A stretch of 64,000 nucleotides of DNA. Origin: the human T2T-CHM13v2.0 reference genome, Homo sapiens. The position numbers and the translations under genes are program-made. Positions 11,747 through 24,614 of this stretch are shown here, piece by piece. The notes below the pieces were generated by a model that was not told where the DNA came from, did not search any database, and saw only the letters and a program-made list of their open reading frames with translations. The DNA lies in assembly GCF_009914755.1 (NCBI RefSeq), contig NC_060936.1. One strand, written 5' to 3'. The first letter of the stretch is position 1; every line of letters begins with the position of its first letter.

Positions 11747-12129
11747 TTATTTTGTTTTCTGTTTTTGGGAGGGACAGCAATTAATAGGTAAAATATTGCC
11801 TTAGTGAATTCACTATTATTTTTAATTCAGTGAATATGATTTGGATAAGTAATCATTAAGAGGATCTCTTCTCTACATAAAGTATACATTATCTCTCAAT
11901 TACCCAGGAACTCATCAATAAGAAAACCTATTCATAGAAATTAAACAGAGCACATTCTAAACTAGAATTTTATTAGAGAAAAATGAAAGTTCTCCAAGTA
12001 TTTTCCATGAAATTGTAAAAACAAAATACTAATATTAAATAAATCTTTCTCCATCATTTAAATTTTTAACACTTGTCCTTAATATTCCAGAATGGCATGG
12101 TAGATTTGAACTTGATAACAGAGTAAATA

Positions 12130-12635
12130 CTTTTTACACTGATTACATGTTAAGAATAGTAATATTTCCAATATATTAGGCTATATTAACTATAATATTA
12201 AAATTAATTCATCTGATTCTTTTTATTTTTTATTTTTATTTTTATTTTTTGAGACACAGTCTCACTCTGTAACCCAGGCTGGAGTGCAGTGTCATGATCA
12301 CAGTTCATTGCATCCTCGACCTCCCAGTCTCAAGCAATCCTCCTACCTCAGCCCCTCTAAGTAGTTGGGACTACAGGCCCATGCCACCACAGTTGGCTAA
12401 TTTTAAAAAAAATTCTTTGTAGACACAAGGTCTCACTATGTTACCCAGGCTGGTCTCGAACTCCTGGGCTCAACAGATGCTCCCACCTTGGCTCCCTAAA
12501 GTACTAGGATTACATGCATGAGCCATTGCACCTGGCCTGGTTTTTACTTTTTTCATGTGGCTACTAATGAAAAATTTAAAAATTAAATATGTTGCTCATA
12601 TTTGTGGCTTGCTTGATATTTCTATTAATGCTGAT
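12130..12635 (-). mobile_element. MER33-like hAT-Charlie MITE interrupted by an AluJ
   Basis: taatattaaaattaattcatctg [Alu] tttttactttttcatgtggctact...aaaatttaaaatta is the reverse complement of MER33-type sequence. Confidence 0.65.
12220..12538 (-). mobile_element. AluJ
   Basis: ctcaagcaatcctcctacctcagcc and gaactcctgggctcaa are AluJ-type; T-rich tail on the left. Confidence 0.9.
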
Positions 12636-13356
12636 ATAGAGAGACTGATCTTTACAAAATATAAATGTGATCATCTCTCTCATCTCTTTTGTATTTTGCT
12701 TTTAAAAATAAGACTCAAATACCAAAGGACAACAATTCCGTACTTAAACTGAATCTTGCTTATCCCTCGGCTTCCTTTATCACCATATCCACCACCCCTA
12801 TTTTGGTACATTAGCCTAATTGTAGAACCTAGAAGTAATTGTTGAAACAATAACAACAATAACTTTATAACTTTCCAGACAATGTAGCTATGACCATATG
12901 TCAAAGTTTTGTTATAATCTTGCAGGATGGTAGAAAGTCTCTAGGAGGCCAATTTAAAGTTTCTCTTAAAATAGAGACATCTATGGGAAAGGAAAATTAG
13001 ACAAAATAGAGAAGAAAATTTAAACATCCCCAAACTCTTGACTGCCAGGTAGGTGAGTGTGTGACTAGTTCCTTCCTTGTGACAAATATCATCTCATAAT
13101 TAAATAATTATTTAAAATTCCCAAATGTTTTATCACAATTCAAATTTATTCAGTGAAGGAGATTACAAACTACATCAAGAGATAAATAATGTTTTGTTCC
13201 AGACCAGGTTTGGTACAATATTTCTTTTACAGTCATTTCCTTTCTCTTACCCCAAGACCTTTATACAGTCTCAAATGTCGTTTCCTTAGACAAACCTTTC
13301 TGATCCCTCAGATGAGGTCAAAAATCTATGTTATTTGCTTTTCCAGAAAAAAAATT

Positions 13357-13510
13357 ATATGTGTATATATATATATGTGTGTGTGTGTGTATATATGTGT
13401 ATATATATATACATATATATACATATATACATTTATGCATATATATACACATATACATGGAATTATATTCGATATATAGATATATTTAATTATTTATATA
13501 TAATTATTTC
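13357..13510. repeat. Compound (TA)n/(TG)n/(CA)n microsatellite
   Basis: Directly visible. Confidence 0.95.
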
Positions 13511-14949
13511 ATAGAATATTGTGGAATAAAAATATTTCTGAACATGGAGACAGCAACTGAATTTTAGCATATGTTAAGCAAATGCATTAAATTTGAGAAG
13601 AATGACTTTTACAGGTGTCCAGCGTCTCGGGAAGCCAGATTAGTAATTCGAATGCCGACTGGGTGACCAGAGAAGAAGCAGATAACTTGAGGACTAGTGT
13701 TATTTAAAGCACTGCCTCATGTTTGGGAATTTTTTTTCCCCTTTAGATATAATGTGCTCCATACTTTCTATCAAGTTTTCTTTTTCTTTCAGCTTTTCAA
13801 GTTTTTTTTTTTAAAGATGCCTTAGTTATATATAGTGCAATTTCAATGTGTGGGGTTTTCTGGGGGAACAAAGAAAATACACCAAGCAGTAGAAATGTAA
13901 TGCTAGAGCCTAGAGGACAGGTGGTGGCTGGAAAAATCAAAATAGGAATCTTTGGCACAGAAATGAGAAGTGAGGATGTGAATTTCACTTTGGGATTATC
14001 CCCCACAAGAGAGACCTTGACCAAGTAAAGACTGAGAATAGATCTTGAAGAATATGGTGAAAATCTTCATAGTTCTTTTAGTCATTATTTGTCAATTTCC
14101 CTAATATATTTGTGCACATTTAACATAACATTTATAAAGGAATATAAGGGGAAAACCATTGAAATAAGAGTCAGAAAAATCTGTATCCTAGTTAAGTTTT
14201 GTGATTTCTCCTAGAAAAATCACCTGATCTGCTATTTGTGTTCTTGTAGATTTTATACCCTAAGATGATGACAGATATTAAAATTCACCCAATGTCACTG
14301 GAGTGGTTCTATACATTGTTTGTGATACAAATAATGTGTATCTATCAGATATTCCGGGGGAGAGTAAAAACTCTAGGTATCTGGTAATAGCCCAACCAAA
14401 AACACTTGAGTACAGTTGTGTTCAGTCTAGTTTGATCTAACTTGATATGCTGTGCAGAGGCAGCTGAGTATATAAGCGGGTTTTGCAGGGTGATGTTCAC
14501 AGTGTAGAAGCTGGACCAAACTCCCTTATAGGCTCTTTGTGGTAGAGTGGCCATTTGCCTAACATTAGCAACTCTTTGAGGGGGCAGGGGATCCCTACTT
14601 CCCAGGCAAAAATCTTTCCTGATAAGCTACTTACATTCCTGGTTCAGCCCTTCCTCTGGTTGCGGCAGAATGTAGGCCTAGAGATTCTCTTCAGCCTCTT
14701 ACTGGTGGGGCTAGGGACTCAGCGATGAAGCAATGCTACACAGAAGCCAGATTTTGGTGGAACTTCTGAGGCTGAAAGCCAGCACTATGAAGAGCTAGAG
14801 TCAGGTGCATGGTGGTTGGAGATAAAGTCTCCAATTTGGCTACCACATAAAAGCTAGAGAAGAGTCTTTTCCAATATTAGTGGTTTCTCAAGGGAGGGAA
14901 ATTCACCTGAACTATATACCCCAATCATAAGGCTTTATGATTTTAGACT

Positions 14950-15636
14950 AGAGCAGCATTTTCAAGAGAAATATGAGTGCTACATATGCAACTCATTTTA
15001 TTTTTTAAAGCCAGGGTCTCACTCTGTTGTGCAGGCTGGAGTGCAGTGGTTCAGTCAGAGTTCACTATAATCTTGAACTCCTGGGCTCGAGCAAGCCTCT
15101 TGCTGAGTAGGAGTACCTGAGACCAAAGGCATGCATCAGCATGCCTGGCTAAAATGCAATTTAAATTTTCCAGTAGCCACATTGATAAAAGTAAAAAGAA
15201 GGAGGTAAAATTAATTATAATAATATATTTTATTACTTAAATGTATTAAAAATTAGCATTTCAACATAAAATCAAGCTAAAATACTTTTAAATAAGATCC
15301 TCTAAATATTTTACATACTGCTCTCTCTTTTTCTTTTTTTGTGCTAAAACTTCAAAATGTAGCATGTATTTTTACACTTATACCTAGTGTGAATTCATAT
15401 GCTAAATTTTCATCAGAACAATTTGATCTGTATTTAGAATTGAAAATATTTACAGTTGATAGATTGGCATGCTTCGGTTGTTCCAAATACAGTTAAAATA
15501 AATTATCAATTTTAAATGTAAACTTAGGTAATTACTATGAAATAAGGCTGAAAATTGTATTCCTAAATTGATATACTCATCAAATGCTAATTATCCACAT
15601 ATGCCCAGTGATTGCTACTAAATAGCATAGCTCTAG
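14950..15636 (+). mobile_element. Charlie1/MER33-related hAT DNA transposon remnant containing an Alu monomer
   Basis: ttaaattttccagtagccacatt...aaaagtaaaaagaa...ggtaaaattaattataataatatatttt...gtattttacactta; ends ...tagcatagctctag. Confidence 0.65.
14995..15152 (-). mobile_element. Old Alu monomer (FRAM/AluJ right-arm-like)
   Basis: agggtctcactctgttgtgcaggctggagtgcagtgg...gaactcctgggctcgagc...atgcctggctaa. Confidence 0.8.
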
Positions 15637-15998
15637 CCACACTTGGTAAGCAGCTTTCTCGATCACTTATAGCGCATCTTCCCAGCTGGAAGTGCTAACC
15701 TGAGGCTTTGAGTTGGAAGTTTTTCACCTTACCGAGTACAGACACATTTCCCTTCATACCCAGTGCTGGCTTCCAGTAGTTCATTGTAACTATTGCAGGG
15801 ATTCTGTTACCCTTCTTTATTCTCAAGCTTTGGTAAAGATCACCTTGGTGATCTTTTGTAACACTTTCCCTTAACTTCAATTATTAGGTAAAAACACATG
15901 GACTCCATAATAAACGTGTCCACCCCTTCTCCAGAAAAGCTCAAAATTTTATATATGTAATATTCTTGCTCTGTAATCCCAGGATGAAAGTTTCCTAC

Positions 15999-16362
15999 TG
16001 TCTTAGTCTAGTTGGGTTGCTGTAACAAAATAACATAAACTGTGGGGGTTATAAACAACAGAAATGTATTTCTCTCAGTTTTGGAGGCTGGGAAGTCCAT
16101 GACCAAGGCTCTGGCAGATTTAGTGTCTGTTGAGGGCCCGTTTCCTCATGGAGAGCTGTCTTCTAGCTGTACCCTCACATGAGTGAAGGGATAAGAGAGC
16201 TCGCTGGGATCTCTCTTGTAAAGGCACCCGTCCCATCTATGAGGACTCTGCCCTCAACACCTAATCACCTACCAAAGGCCCCACCTGTCAATACCATCAT
16301 AGTGTGGGGTTAGGATTTCAACATATCAATTCTGTGGGGACACAAAAAGTTGGTCCATAGCA
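15999..16362 (-). mobile_element. MLT1A-family solo LTR (ERVL-MaLR)
   Basis: TG...CA termini, ggaggctgggaagtcc, cctaatcacctaccaaaggccccacct; perfect 5-bp TSD cctac at 15994-15998 and 16363-16367. Confidence 0.92.
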
Positions 16363-19300
16363 CCTACCTATTCTACATTTGGATTAAAAAGACCCTTCTC
16401 AAATATTCTTTTGTAAGATAGAAAATGATTCTCTTCTCTAGATTAAAAAACGAAAGGAACAGTATAAAGCACAACTACCCAAAGAAATTTGAAATACAAT
16501 AATGACTCCCAGAACAAGATCAGATCACCACTGCAGACTTATCAATAAATGTAAAGAGACAATGCTTTAAAAAGCAGTATAAGAGAGAAAAATCTACATA
16601 TACACTCAAAATGGACATGCAGACTGAATATGACAAATAAGAGACAGATTAAAGTAGTACTTTTCCTCATCTGGATAAAATATCACACAGGGCTATCAGC
16701 TGCTTTTGTCCCCATCCCTTATTCACCAAACAACATTCTAATTGCTAATATGATTTCCTAAGAACCCCCGAACCTATAAAGGTACTTCTAAAATGTAATG
16801 CTTCTTCTTATATATTAAAGTTCTTTTCCTTACATATTAAAATTTAGTGGCTATTTACTTCCAAAATAAAAAACACCATATTTCCTCAACAATATACATT
16901 TTCTTTAATATCTGCTACTAGAAATTTTGCTCATCTGCAGAAGCCTTGGGGCTGGCGATAGAGAACAGGCTGTAAGTAATCCCTCTGTGAATGCAACACA
17001 GTAATTAGCCTTTTTTTTCTTATGGTGTGCCCTTTAGCTGTTTGTTTTTTTTTTTCAGCATCAACTGAGAGTTTTTAGGAACTAGCTTGAGGAAGAGATG
17101 TCTCTTATACTAGGGGCACACTTGGAAATTTGAAATTATTAATATCCCCAATACACAGCTGCATTAGGATTTAAGTAAAATAATTATCTCATCAAATAAC
17201 ATTATAATTGGCACTAATGCTATCTACATTGCCAACTTGAAAATAAAATGTTTATATGCCATTAACATAGAACAATAGTGGAGGAAAGTTTCTGGGTGAC
17301 CAGCTGGTGTACTAACTACATGAGGGCGGACTCCCACATTAATCCTGCGGGACACCATGGATTTGCAGTCTGCTCTGGAAATTTCCTTCTCTCACAATGA
17401 ATTGCAAAAGATATGCAAGACCTCAAGAGAACTAGAAAATAGATCATGTGCAAACAGATGAAAACATTTCTCCAGCCAAGCAAATATTGATACTGTTAGA
17501 ATCAGACCTACAGTTACTATGTGACTATTAATTTCAAAGAAAGGTCAAGTTGCAGATCTCAACAACATCAGTAAGGCAAGAATGGAAAAGAAGTTTGAAA
17601 ATAATCATAGGAAAATGCCACAAGTAATTTCCTTTTTTGGGAAATCAGTCCAAGTATTAATTTTAAAAACAAAAACATGAAAGACTGTGGTTAAGCAATT
17701 GTAACTTCTAGCATGTCATAATGTTAATAAGACCATAGAGGCATAGCTACTAAATATTGTAGCCAAGTTCCAGAAAATACACAAAAGTATCTATTAAATA
17801 ACCTTATATTATTCTTCAAATAGAACATGGCATGTAAAGTGAAGAAAAGTTGTCTGTAATCCCAGCGTAAATACACCGTGCAATCAAAGTTAAATGCATG
17901 CATTATTTAGTATATATAGGAAGTTAATAGGAAAATTCCAAAAAATAAAACAGAGTTAGTTATATTTTGACATAAGCTTTGGGATTTCCAGATTTTAATA
18001 ATCATCTGTAGCCTCTAAAGATAAGGAATTTGTTTGATTTACTGAACGTACATTATTTTAAATTTCATTAAATAGATAAATGGTTGATTTTTAAAGACCA
18101 AATAAGTACTCATGAAAGAGAAACATTTTGGCTCTGGGCCATAGGAAATAGAAATTTCATCAGGAAAGAACCATGGAGGGATTGTCTGTCCCTCTCTAGT
18201 ACCAAAGCAAGGGGATTGTACAAATAACAGGGCCTGGCATTCTGGAAAGGAAGGGTGAATATGTAGGACCCAGGGCCCAAAAATGTTACGTTTGTAAAAA
18301 TTGCATGTAAAGAACATTAATCATATTTTCCCCAGTTTTTCTCTAGGGCCCTAGTCTGCTCTTGAAGCCCTACTCCTTAAACTCTCCCAGAGCAGGAGGA
18401 ATGACTTATGTGAATGATAAGGCATGCAAGTGGTCACATGCATCTGCCATGGAGGGCAGAATGGTAATCCAGCTTACCGGTTTTTATGTAGTCAGCATCC
18501 CTGGGCAGGTTTCTCCAGCCATGGAGGAGACGGAAATCTTGCCAACCCTCAGCTTCACCTGCAACTGAGTGGGTTCAACTGCCTTCTTCGAATTGATGTT
18601 TGTGTGTGTGGTTGGTGGAAGGGAAAGGGTGGCTAGGAAATCTCAGTAGCATCTTTAATAAAGCCAATAAATGTCCACTTCTTAACTATAATAGACAAGT
18701 TTTAAAAGAGAAGAAGATAGTAAGCTACTTAAAGCTAGATAGCCATCCTATCTTTTTGGCCTTCTTTGTGCTTAGCATTCTCTTTATAACACAGTGACCT
18801 CAACAAAATAGATGTTCAATTAATGATGTTGAATATATGAAGAGAGTCTTGTGAGAGCTGCAAGAGACAGTACTTACTGATTAATTGTTTTGATATTTAA
18901 GAACCACTTTGGTTGAAGAATATTATTGGGGCAAGGAAATGAGAATAAATGTATTCCCTGGAAATAATCTTTGGAAGTTTGTTTACTAAAAGAGAAGGAA
19001 TATCTTAGGGAATTTCTGAACTTGTGCTACTTTTACTACATGTGATTCAAGCTAGGCGATCTTTGGGAATGCAAATATTTGCCATATATTTTAAAGAAAC
19101 ATCCTCAAGAATAAATGAAGCAGATTTACGGAGGCATACAAAGAGTTTTAAAGAAATAATTATACTGGAATTATTTTTAGGAAAAAATGATAAAAAATTT
19201 CCTTTTACTTGATTTACCTAGATTACCTCAAATAACCAAATACAAAAAATATTCCCAAAGCAAATTGTCTCTCTTAATGCTCTTACACATTTCACCATTT

Positions 19301-19592
19301 TATGTTTTTACCCATCATTGCTTTGTGAACTTTATTTTCATTTCTATCAAAATGTATCCATTTAATCAAAGGAATTCAATCAAAAGTTATTTCAGACTGA
19401 CTTTAAATGATGATCACGAGAAGCACATAGCACAGTTGGTTACATTAGAAGATGAAAAAATGCTCATAATCCCTTTCATCTGAACTCTTACCTTACCTTA
19501 ATTATACCAAAGATTGTAAACAGATCCTTCATTGACTGGTATGTGTTAATATTCCTACTAAAGATTTTAAATTATTTTAAATGCTTACTGCA

Positions 19593-19939
19593 TTATACGG
19601 TTTGGCTCTGTGTCCCCACCCAAATCTCACCTTGAATTTTAATAATCTCCATGTGTCAAAGTGGGAACAGGTGGAGGTAATTTAATCATGGGAGTGTTTT
19701 TCCCAATGCTGTTCTCGTGATAATGAGTGAGTCTCATGAGATCTGATGGTTTTATAAATGTCTGGCGTTTCCCGTGCTTGCACTCATTCTTTCTCCTGCT
19801 GCCCTGTGAAGAGGTGCTTTATGCCATGATTGTAAGTTTCCAGAGGCCTTCCCAGACATGTGGAACTGTGAGTCAATTAAACCTCTTTTTCTTTATAAAT
19901 TACCCAGTCTCAGGTATTTCTTCATAGCAGCCTAATACA
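19593..19939 (+). mobile_element. THE1 (C/D-like) solo LTR
   Basis: ggtttggctctgtgtccccacccaaatctcacc...gaactgtgagtcaattaaacctcttttc...ctaataca; 5-bp TSD ctgca at 19588-19592 and 19940-19944. Confidence 0.93.
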
Positions 19940-19940
19940 C

Positions 19941-20488
19941 TGCATTAATTTTCTATTGCTAAATAACAAATAACCATATACTTATCAATATAAGACAATA
20001 CCCATTTATTGGCTCACAAATCTGTAAGTCATTATTTATGTTGCACTCCATTGGATTCTCTGATCGGAATCTCACAAGATCAAAAAGAAAATGTCGGCTG
20101 GGATGAACACTTATTTGAAGGCTTTCGGGAAGAATTCACTTCCAAGCTCATTCTGGTTGTTGGCAGAATTCTGTATCTTGTGAATGTGAGATTGAGGTCC
20201 CCATTTTCTGGCTAGCTTACCAGCCCCAGACTGTGCTCAGATCCTAGAGGCTGAAGATATAGCCCCCTGTATCTTCAAAGCCAGCAAAGATCTGTGGTAT
20301 CCTTCTTGTATTTTCCTCTTTCTGATTCCGTGGTTAGATTGAGCCCATCTAGATAGTCACCTTTGGGCACATAACAGTCACAGGAGTAATACGTCATTAT
20401 ATTGACAAATTCCACTCACATTCAAAGGGGAGGGGTTACACAAGGAAGACAGCCAAGAGAAGTCATTTTTAGAATTCTGTCTACCATA
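19941..20488 (-). mobile_element. MLT1D/E-like solo LTR (first bases duplicated at 19589-19592)
   Basis: tgcattaattttctattgct...cacttccaagctcattctggttgttggcagaattc...agaattctgtctaccata; TSD cttac at 19584-19588 and 20489-20493. Confidence 0.85.
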
Positions 20489-20494
20489 CTTACC

Positions 20495-20720
20495 AACATT
20501 TAAACATCAGGGTATTTTATATAGATATCCAAAAATTTTGTTTTTCTTAAAAATGAGGCTATCTGTCAATGTTGGGCTACATTCCACCATTGCAACAATT
20601 GGCTAGACCTGATAAGTGACAGTCCCTTTGTTCCGAGGAGCATTCTCAAGTAGAGTTTGCAATTCGCTGTTAACACACACTCACCCAGTTCACTCTCTAC
20701 GTACTTCAGTTTTCAGCAAC
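20495..20720. mobile_element. Ancient hAT DNA transposon fragment (MER113-like)
   Basis: tctgtcaatgttgggctacattccaccattgcaacaattggctagacctga resembles a remembered consensus; family uncertain. Confidence 0.4.
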
Positions 20721-21609
20721 AGCCTTACAGTATAAACGATACTGCAACACAACATTTCTAACAGAGCACATATTCACACCTCTTCAAATCTAAATTTATC
20801 CAGGAAACTAATCATCTCAATGATATCTGCACTTCGAAGATAATGAGAAAATCTCAGGCTAAGCACTGATGTTCCTTTTGCCTCTCAAGACGAATTCTTG
20901 TAATAACATTTCAATAAACTTAGTAATGCCGAGCATGTACTTAGTCTTTTGGTCTAATAAGTGAATAATATTGCACAAATTAAATCCTACCACTGAGTTA
21001 GCCCATTCAAAAGACACAAACGTACTCTCAGTGGATAAATGTCTTCCCGTGTAATCATGCCAGCAGCAGAAAATGGAATCTGTCATAAAAAATAAATTAT
21101 CCAAGAGTCTGACCACGTCCACACAGCTTGGCACTAAATTTCATTTTTCTTGTTCTTCAGCTGAGAACCTAAATACACACTTATAAAGCAGTCAGAAAGA
21201 TTACGTTGTTTGTCAAAGTTGGATTCTACAGCCTCAGCATTCAGATGTATGAGACTGTAGCATTCGGAAGGCCTGCTGCTTTTTATGTGTCGGTTTACTG
21301 TGATCGCACCTGTAGTTAGTTAGGTTTTCCAGTTTCAGGAGACATAAAGGTGCAGAGAGAGGCAGCACAAAGCCTGCAGGCTCATTTCTTAGGGAACTAT
21401 GAGGGGAGATGCTGGGGTTTATAAAAATTGAAGTAATGGGATTTGATAAAGATTGTTGTGGGCTAGACTGTGGGAGCCTTCCATGTCAGGGTAAGACATT
21501 TGGAAATTATCTCACAGTGAGGAGGCAACTGTTTCATTTAGAGCAGCAGAAGAATACAACAGTTAGAAGTACAGCCTTTGGAGCCAGACTATGTGGTTTC
21601 AAACCTTAC

Positions 21610-21950
21610 CGCTATGGTATGAGTGTTTGTGTTCCTTCAAAATTTATGTCGAATCTTAATCTCCAGTGCAGTAGTATTAAGAGGTGGGGCCTTTGGAGCT
21701 AGTTAAGTCACGGAGTGGAGCTCTCATGAAAGGGATTAGTGAATTTATAAATTTGTCTGGAGGCGACTAGTGTTCGTTTCCTTTTGCTTTCTGGACACAG
21801 CCTTCATCCCCTTTGGAGGATGCAGCAACCAGGTGCCATCTTGAAAGCAGAGACCAGGTCCTTACTAGACACCAAACCTGCTGGCACCTTGATCTTTAAC
21901 TTTCCATGTTCCAGAATTATGAGAAATATATTTCTATTGTTCCTAAATTT
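21610..21950 (+). mobile_element. MaLR LTR (MSTD/MLT1A-like), 3' end incomplete
   Basis: gctatggtatgagtgtttgtgttcc...ttaagaggtggggcctttgg...gacaccaaacctgctggcaccttgatctt. Confidence 0.8.
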
Positions 21951-22035
21951 TTTCTTTAACCCCAATTTACTTTGTGGACCTAGACAAAGTTGATAAATCT
22001 ACCAGCGACTTTCCAATTAAAAGGACGATATTAGT

Positions 22036-22361
22036 GGCTATGAACTGAATGTTTGTGTCCTCTGCAAATTTATTCGCTAAATCCCTGACCCCCAATATAA
22101 CTGTATTTGGAGGTAGGGTCTTTATGGAGGTAATTAAGCATAAATGAAGTAATAAGTGTGGGGTCCTGATCCAATAGCATTAGTGTCACTATAAGAAAAG
22201 AGACCAGAGCTCTCTGTCTCTCTGCACTTGCCAGAATGTTGATCTTGTCATCCCAGCCTCCAGAACTGTGAGAAATAAATTTCTGTTCTTTTAGCCAAAA
22301 AATAAAATAAAATTACCCACTTTATGGTATTTTGTCATAGCAGCACAAATGGACAAAGATG
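22036..22361 (+). mobile_element. MLT1A-like LTR with internal deletion
   Basis: gctatgaactgaatgtttgtgtcc...cccagcctccagaactgtgagaaataaatttctg...ggtattttgtcatagcagc. Confidence 0.8.
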
Positions 22362-24002
22362 CTGCCTCTGCCACTCGCTAGCTATATGACAGGAAGCCAG
22401 TTAGTTTGATACCATGTCTTCACATCTTCATATAAAGTGAGAAGTGTAACAGACACATGCTAATATAATTCACCACTTAGAACAGTGCTGATGCCTAGTA
22501 ACCATCCAAGAAATGTTAGCTATCATTATTACTGTAGAAACCAGGTTAGCGCTGACATTGAGGTAAATAAATATATGAATAAATGATAAACCCTAAATAA
22601 AAGTTGTCGAAAGATAGAAAACACAATTTATATCCTTTTTAGTAGGTACATAAGATCCCTCCATTGCGAGGAAGAGTCACACTTGAGTTCTCAGTTAATT
22701 AGACTTTGTTTTAAACCTAGTTTTCTTCCTTGTCACTCAGGGCTAATCACACAAGGCTTACTGCCTTATAGGTCTTCATCTCTAGGCTTCTGCTCTCTCT
22801 ACTCATTTATTTCCTTACTAAGTGTTTCACAGTTAAATTTCCTAGAAAAAAAAAAAAAAGAGTGCAAGGGGTTTTCTCAGTCACCATTAACTCTGGTTCC
22901 CTTAGCCTGGACTGTGTTTCTGCCAAGCCACTTCTCAGATTCCTGCTCATCCTGCAGATGGCTGCCTTTATGTCAGACACCAGTTCCTGGTCCAGTCACC
23001 TATGTCTGGAGTAGCAGAGAAAATAATCATATATGTAGATCCCCCTTCTCTCTAACTGCCATGAAAGGTTGTGGATTAGTAGATTATTTTGCTGTTTCTA
23101 CTGCTCTTATGGTCATTGGTGCTTTGGGCTCTGGTGACGAAGAGTCTGTGCGTGAAGAAGCAGAAAGGACAACAGTTCCGTTGCCAAATTCTTCAGCAAG
23201 AGTGGGGAGAAAAGCATAGCTAATATACTTCTGAGCAGTTACAGGCCCAAAGAAAAACGTGTGAAAGCACACATGGTGGGTGGAGTGGGAGAGGCGGAGA
23301 AAGTGGGGCATGGAATGGTGGAGAGAATGCAAAGCATTCTTTCCTCAGAATGATGAGAGGCTCTGGGGCGTTTCCTTGGTATTTGGAATTTTAGTAAGAA
23401 TTCATGTCAACTATGTACTTGAATCACCTTTATTATTTTTTGAGAGATCAAGTAAAGATTGTAAACATCATTCAAACTGTGCTTCCCTGATTGTACCACT
23501 TCCCTGAGCATAACTATGTGGGGCACATCTTAAGCAGGAATATAGAAGAGACTGTCAAAGAGGAGTTTGGGCATGGCTGTCACTCTGAGGTTTCCTAAAA
23601 AAGAGAAGTTTAACTGGAATTTCCGGAAATAGATACTGGAATTCCAAACAACTTGCTGGTTGTTTTACCTTCTTTGTGAGCTTAATATCTACCCAATTTC
23701 TTAGGAAAGAGGAAAAGTTTCAAATGATGAGACTATAATGTCAAATTGCACTTGGGAACTTATAAATAGATTTTTGAAATGCTATGTCTTTTTAAAATCA
23801 AGAAAATTTAAAGTAGATACTTACATTTAGATTGCATTTGGTTTCTAAATGTGCTCTCAAGAGATAATACATTAGAATATATAGTTTTCCTAGGCACTGG
23901 AGAGCTGCAATTAAAACATTGGTTCCAGACTAAGACTGAAATAAGTTCAAATGCAGGCTTTTCCACTTATTAGTTCCATTGCTTTAGATAAGTTAACATG
24001 TC

Positions 24003-24550
24003 TATGGTGGATTTAAATTATGCACACAAATTCTCTAATATTCTTGCCTTCAAGAGATGGAGCCTAATTCCTCTCCTCTTGAGAGTAGGTTGGACGTAGT
24101 GACTTGTTTCTAGTAAAGAAAGTGACAGGATGTGAATTTAGAGACAATATCTTAAAGAGCACGTTGACTTCCTTTCTTGGATGGCACACTCTGGAGGAAG
24201 CTTGGATTACATGCTCTAGGGGAAGCTAGCTGCCATGTTGTGAGGTCACACTGAACAGCCTCATAGAGAAATCCACCTGGCAAGGAAATGAGGTCTCCTG
24301 CAACAGCCAGCAATGAACTGAGGCCTTCTGCCAGCAATCCTGTGAGTGAGCCATTTTAGAGTTAATCCTTCAGCCACAGTCAAGCCTTCAGATTGCTGTT
24401 AGCCCACACAAACATCTTGGCTGCAGCTTCATGAGAGACCCTGAGTCAGACTCACCCAGCTAAGCTGCTACCAAATTCATGACCTATGGAAACTGTGTGA
24501 GCTAATAAATGCTTGTTGTTCTAAGTTACTAACTTGTGTTAATTTCTATT
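24003..24550 (+). mobile_element. MLT1F-like LTR
   Basis: ttcaagagatggagcctaattcc...gccatgttgtgagg...cagtcaagccttcagat...gagagaccctgag...cccagctaagctgc. Confidence 0.8.
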
Positions 24551-24614
24551 ATACCATGTTATTTTAGTAATATTTTGGAAAGCCAGGATTTAATGAGGGT
24601 TTAATAAAAAATAC

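Noticed and set aside
13659-17303. Repeated 12-mer ctgggtgaccag at ~13659 and ~17292
   Set aside because: A single 12-mer recurrence in 64 kb is expected by chance, and the flanks do not extend the match.
22683-23219. 178-aa ORF as a novel protein
   Set aside because: Non-ATG start, crosses an A-run and degenerate repeat-like sequence, no recognisable domain or promoter.
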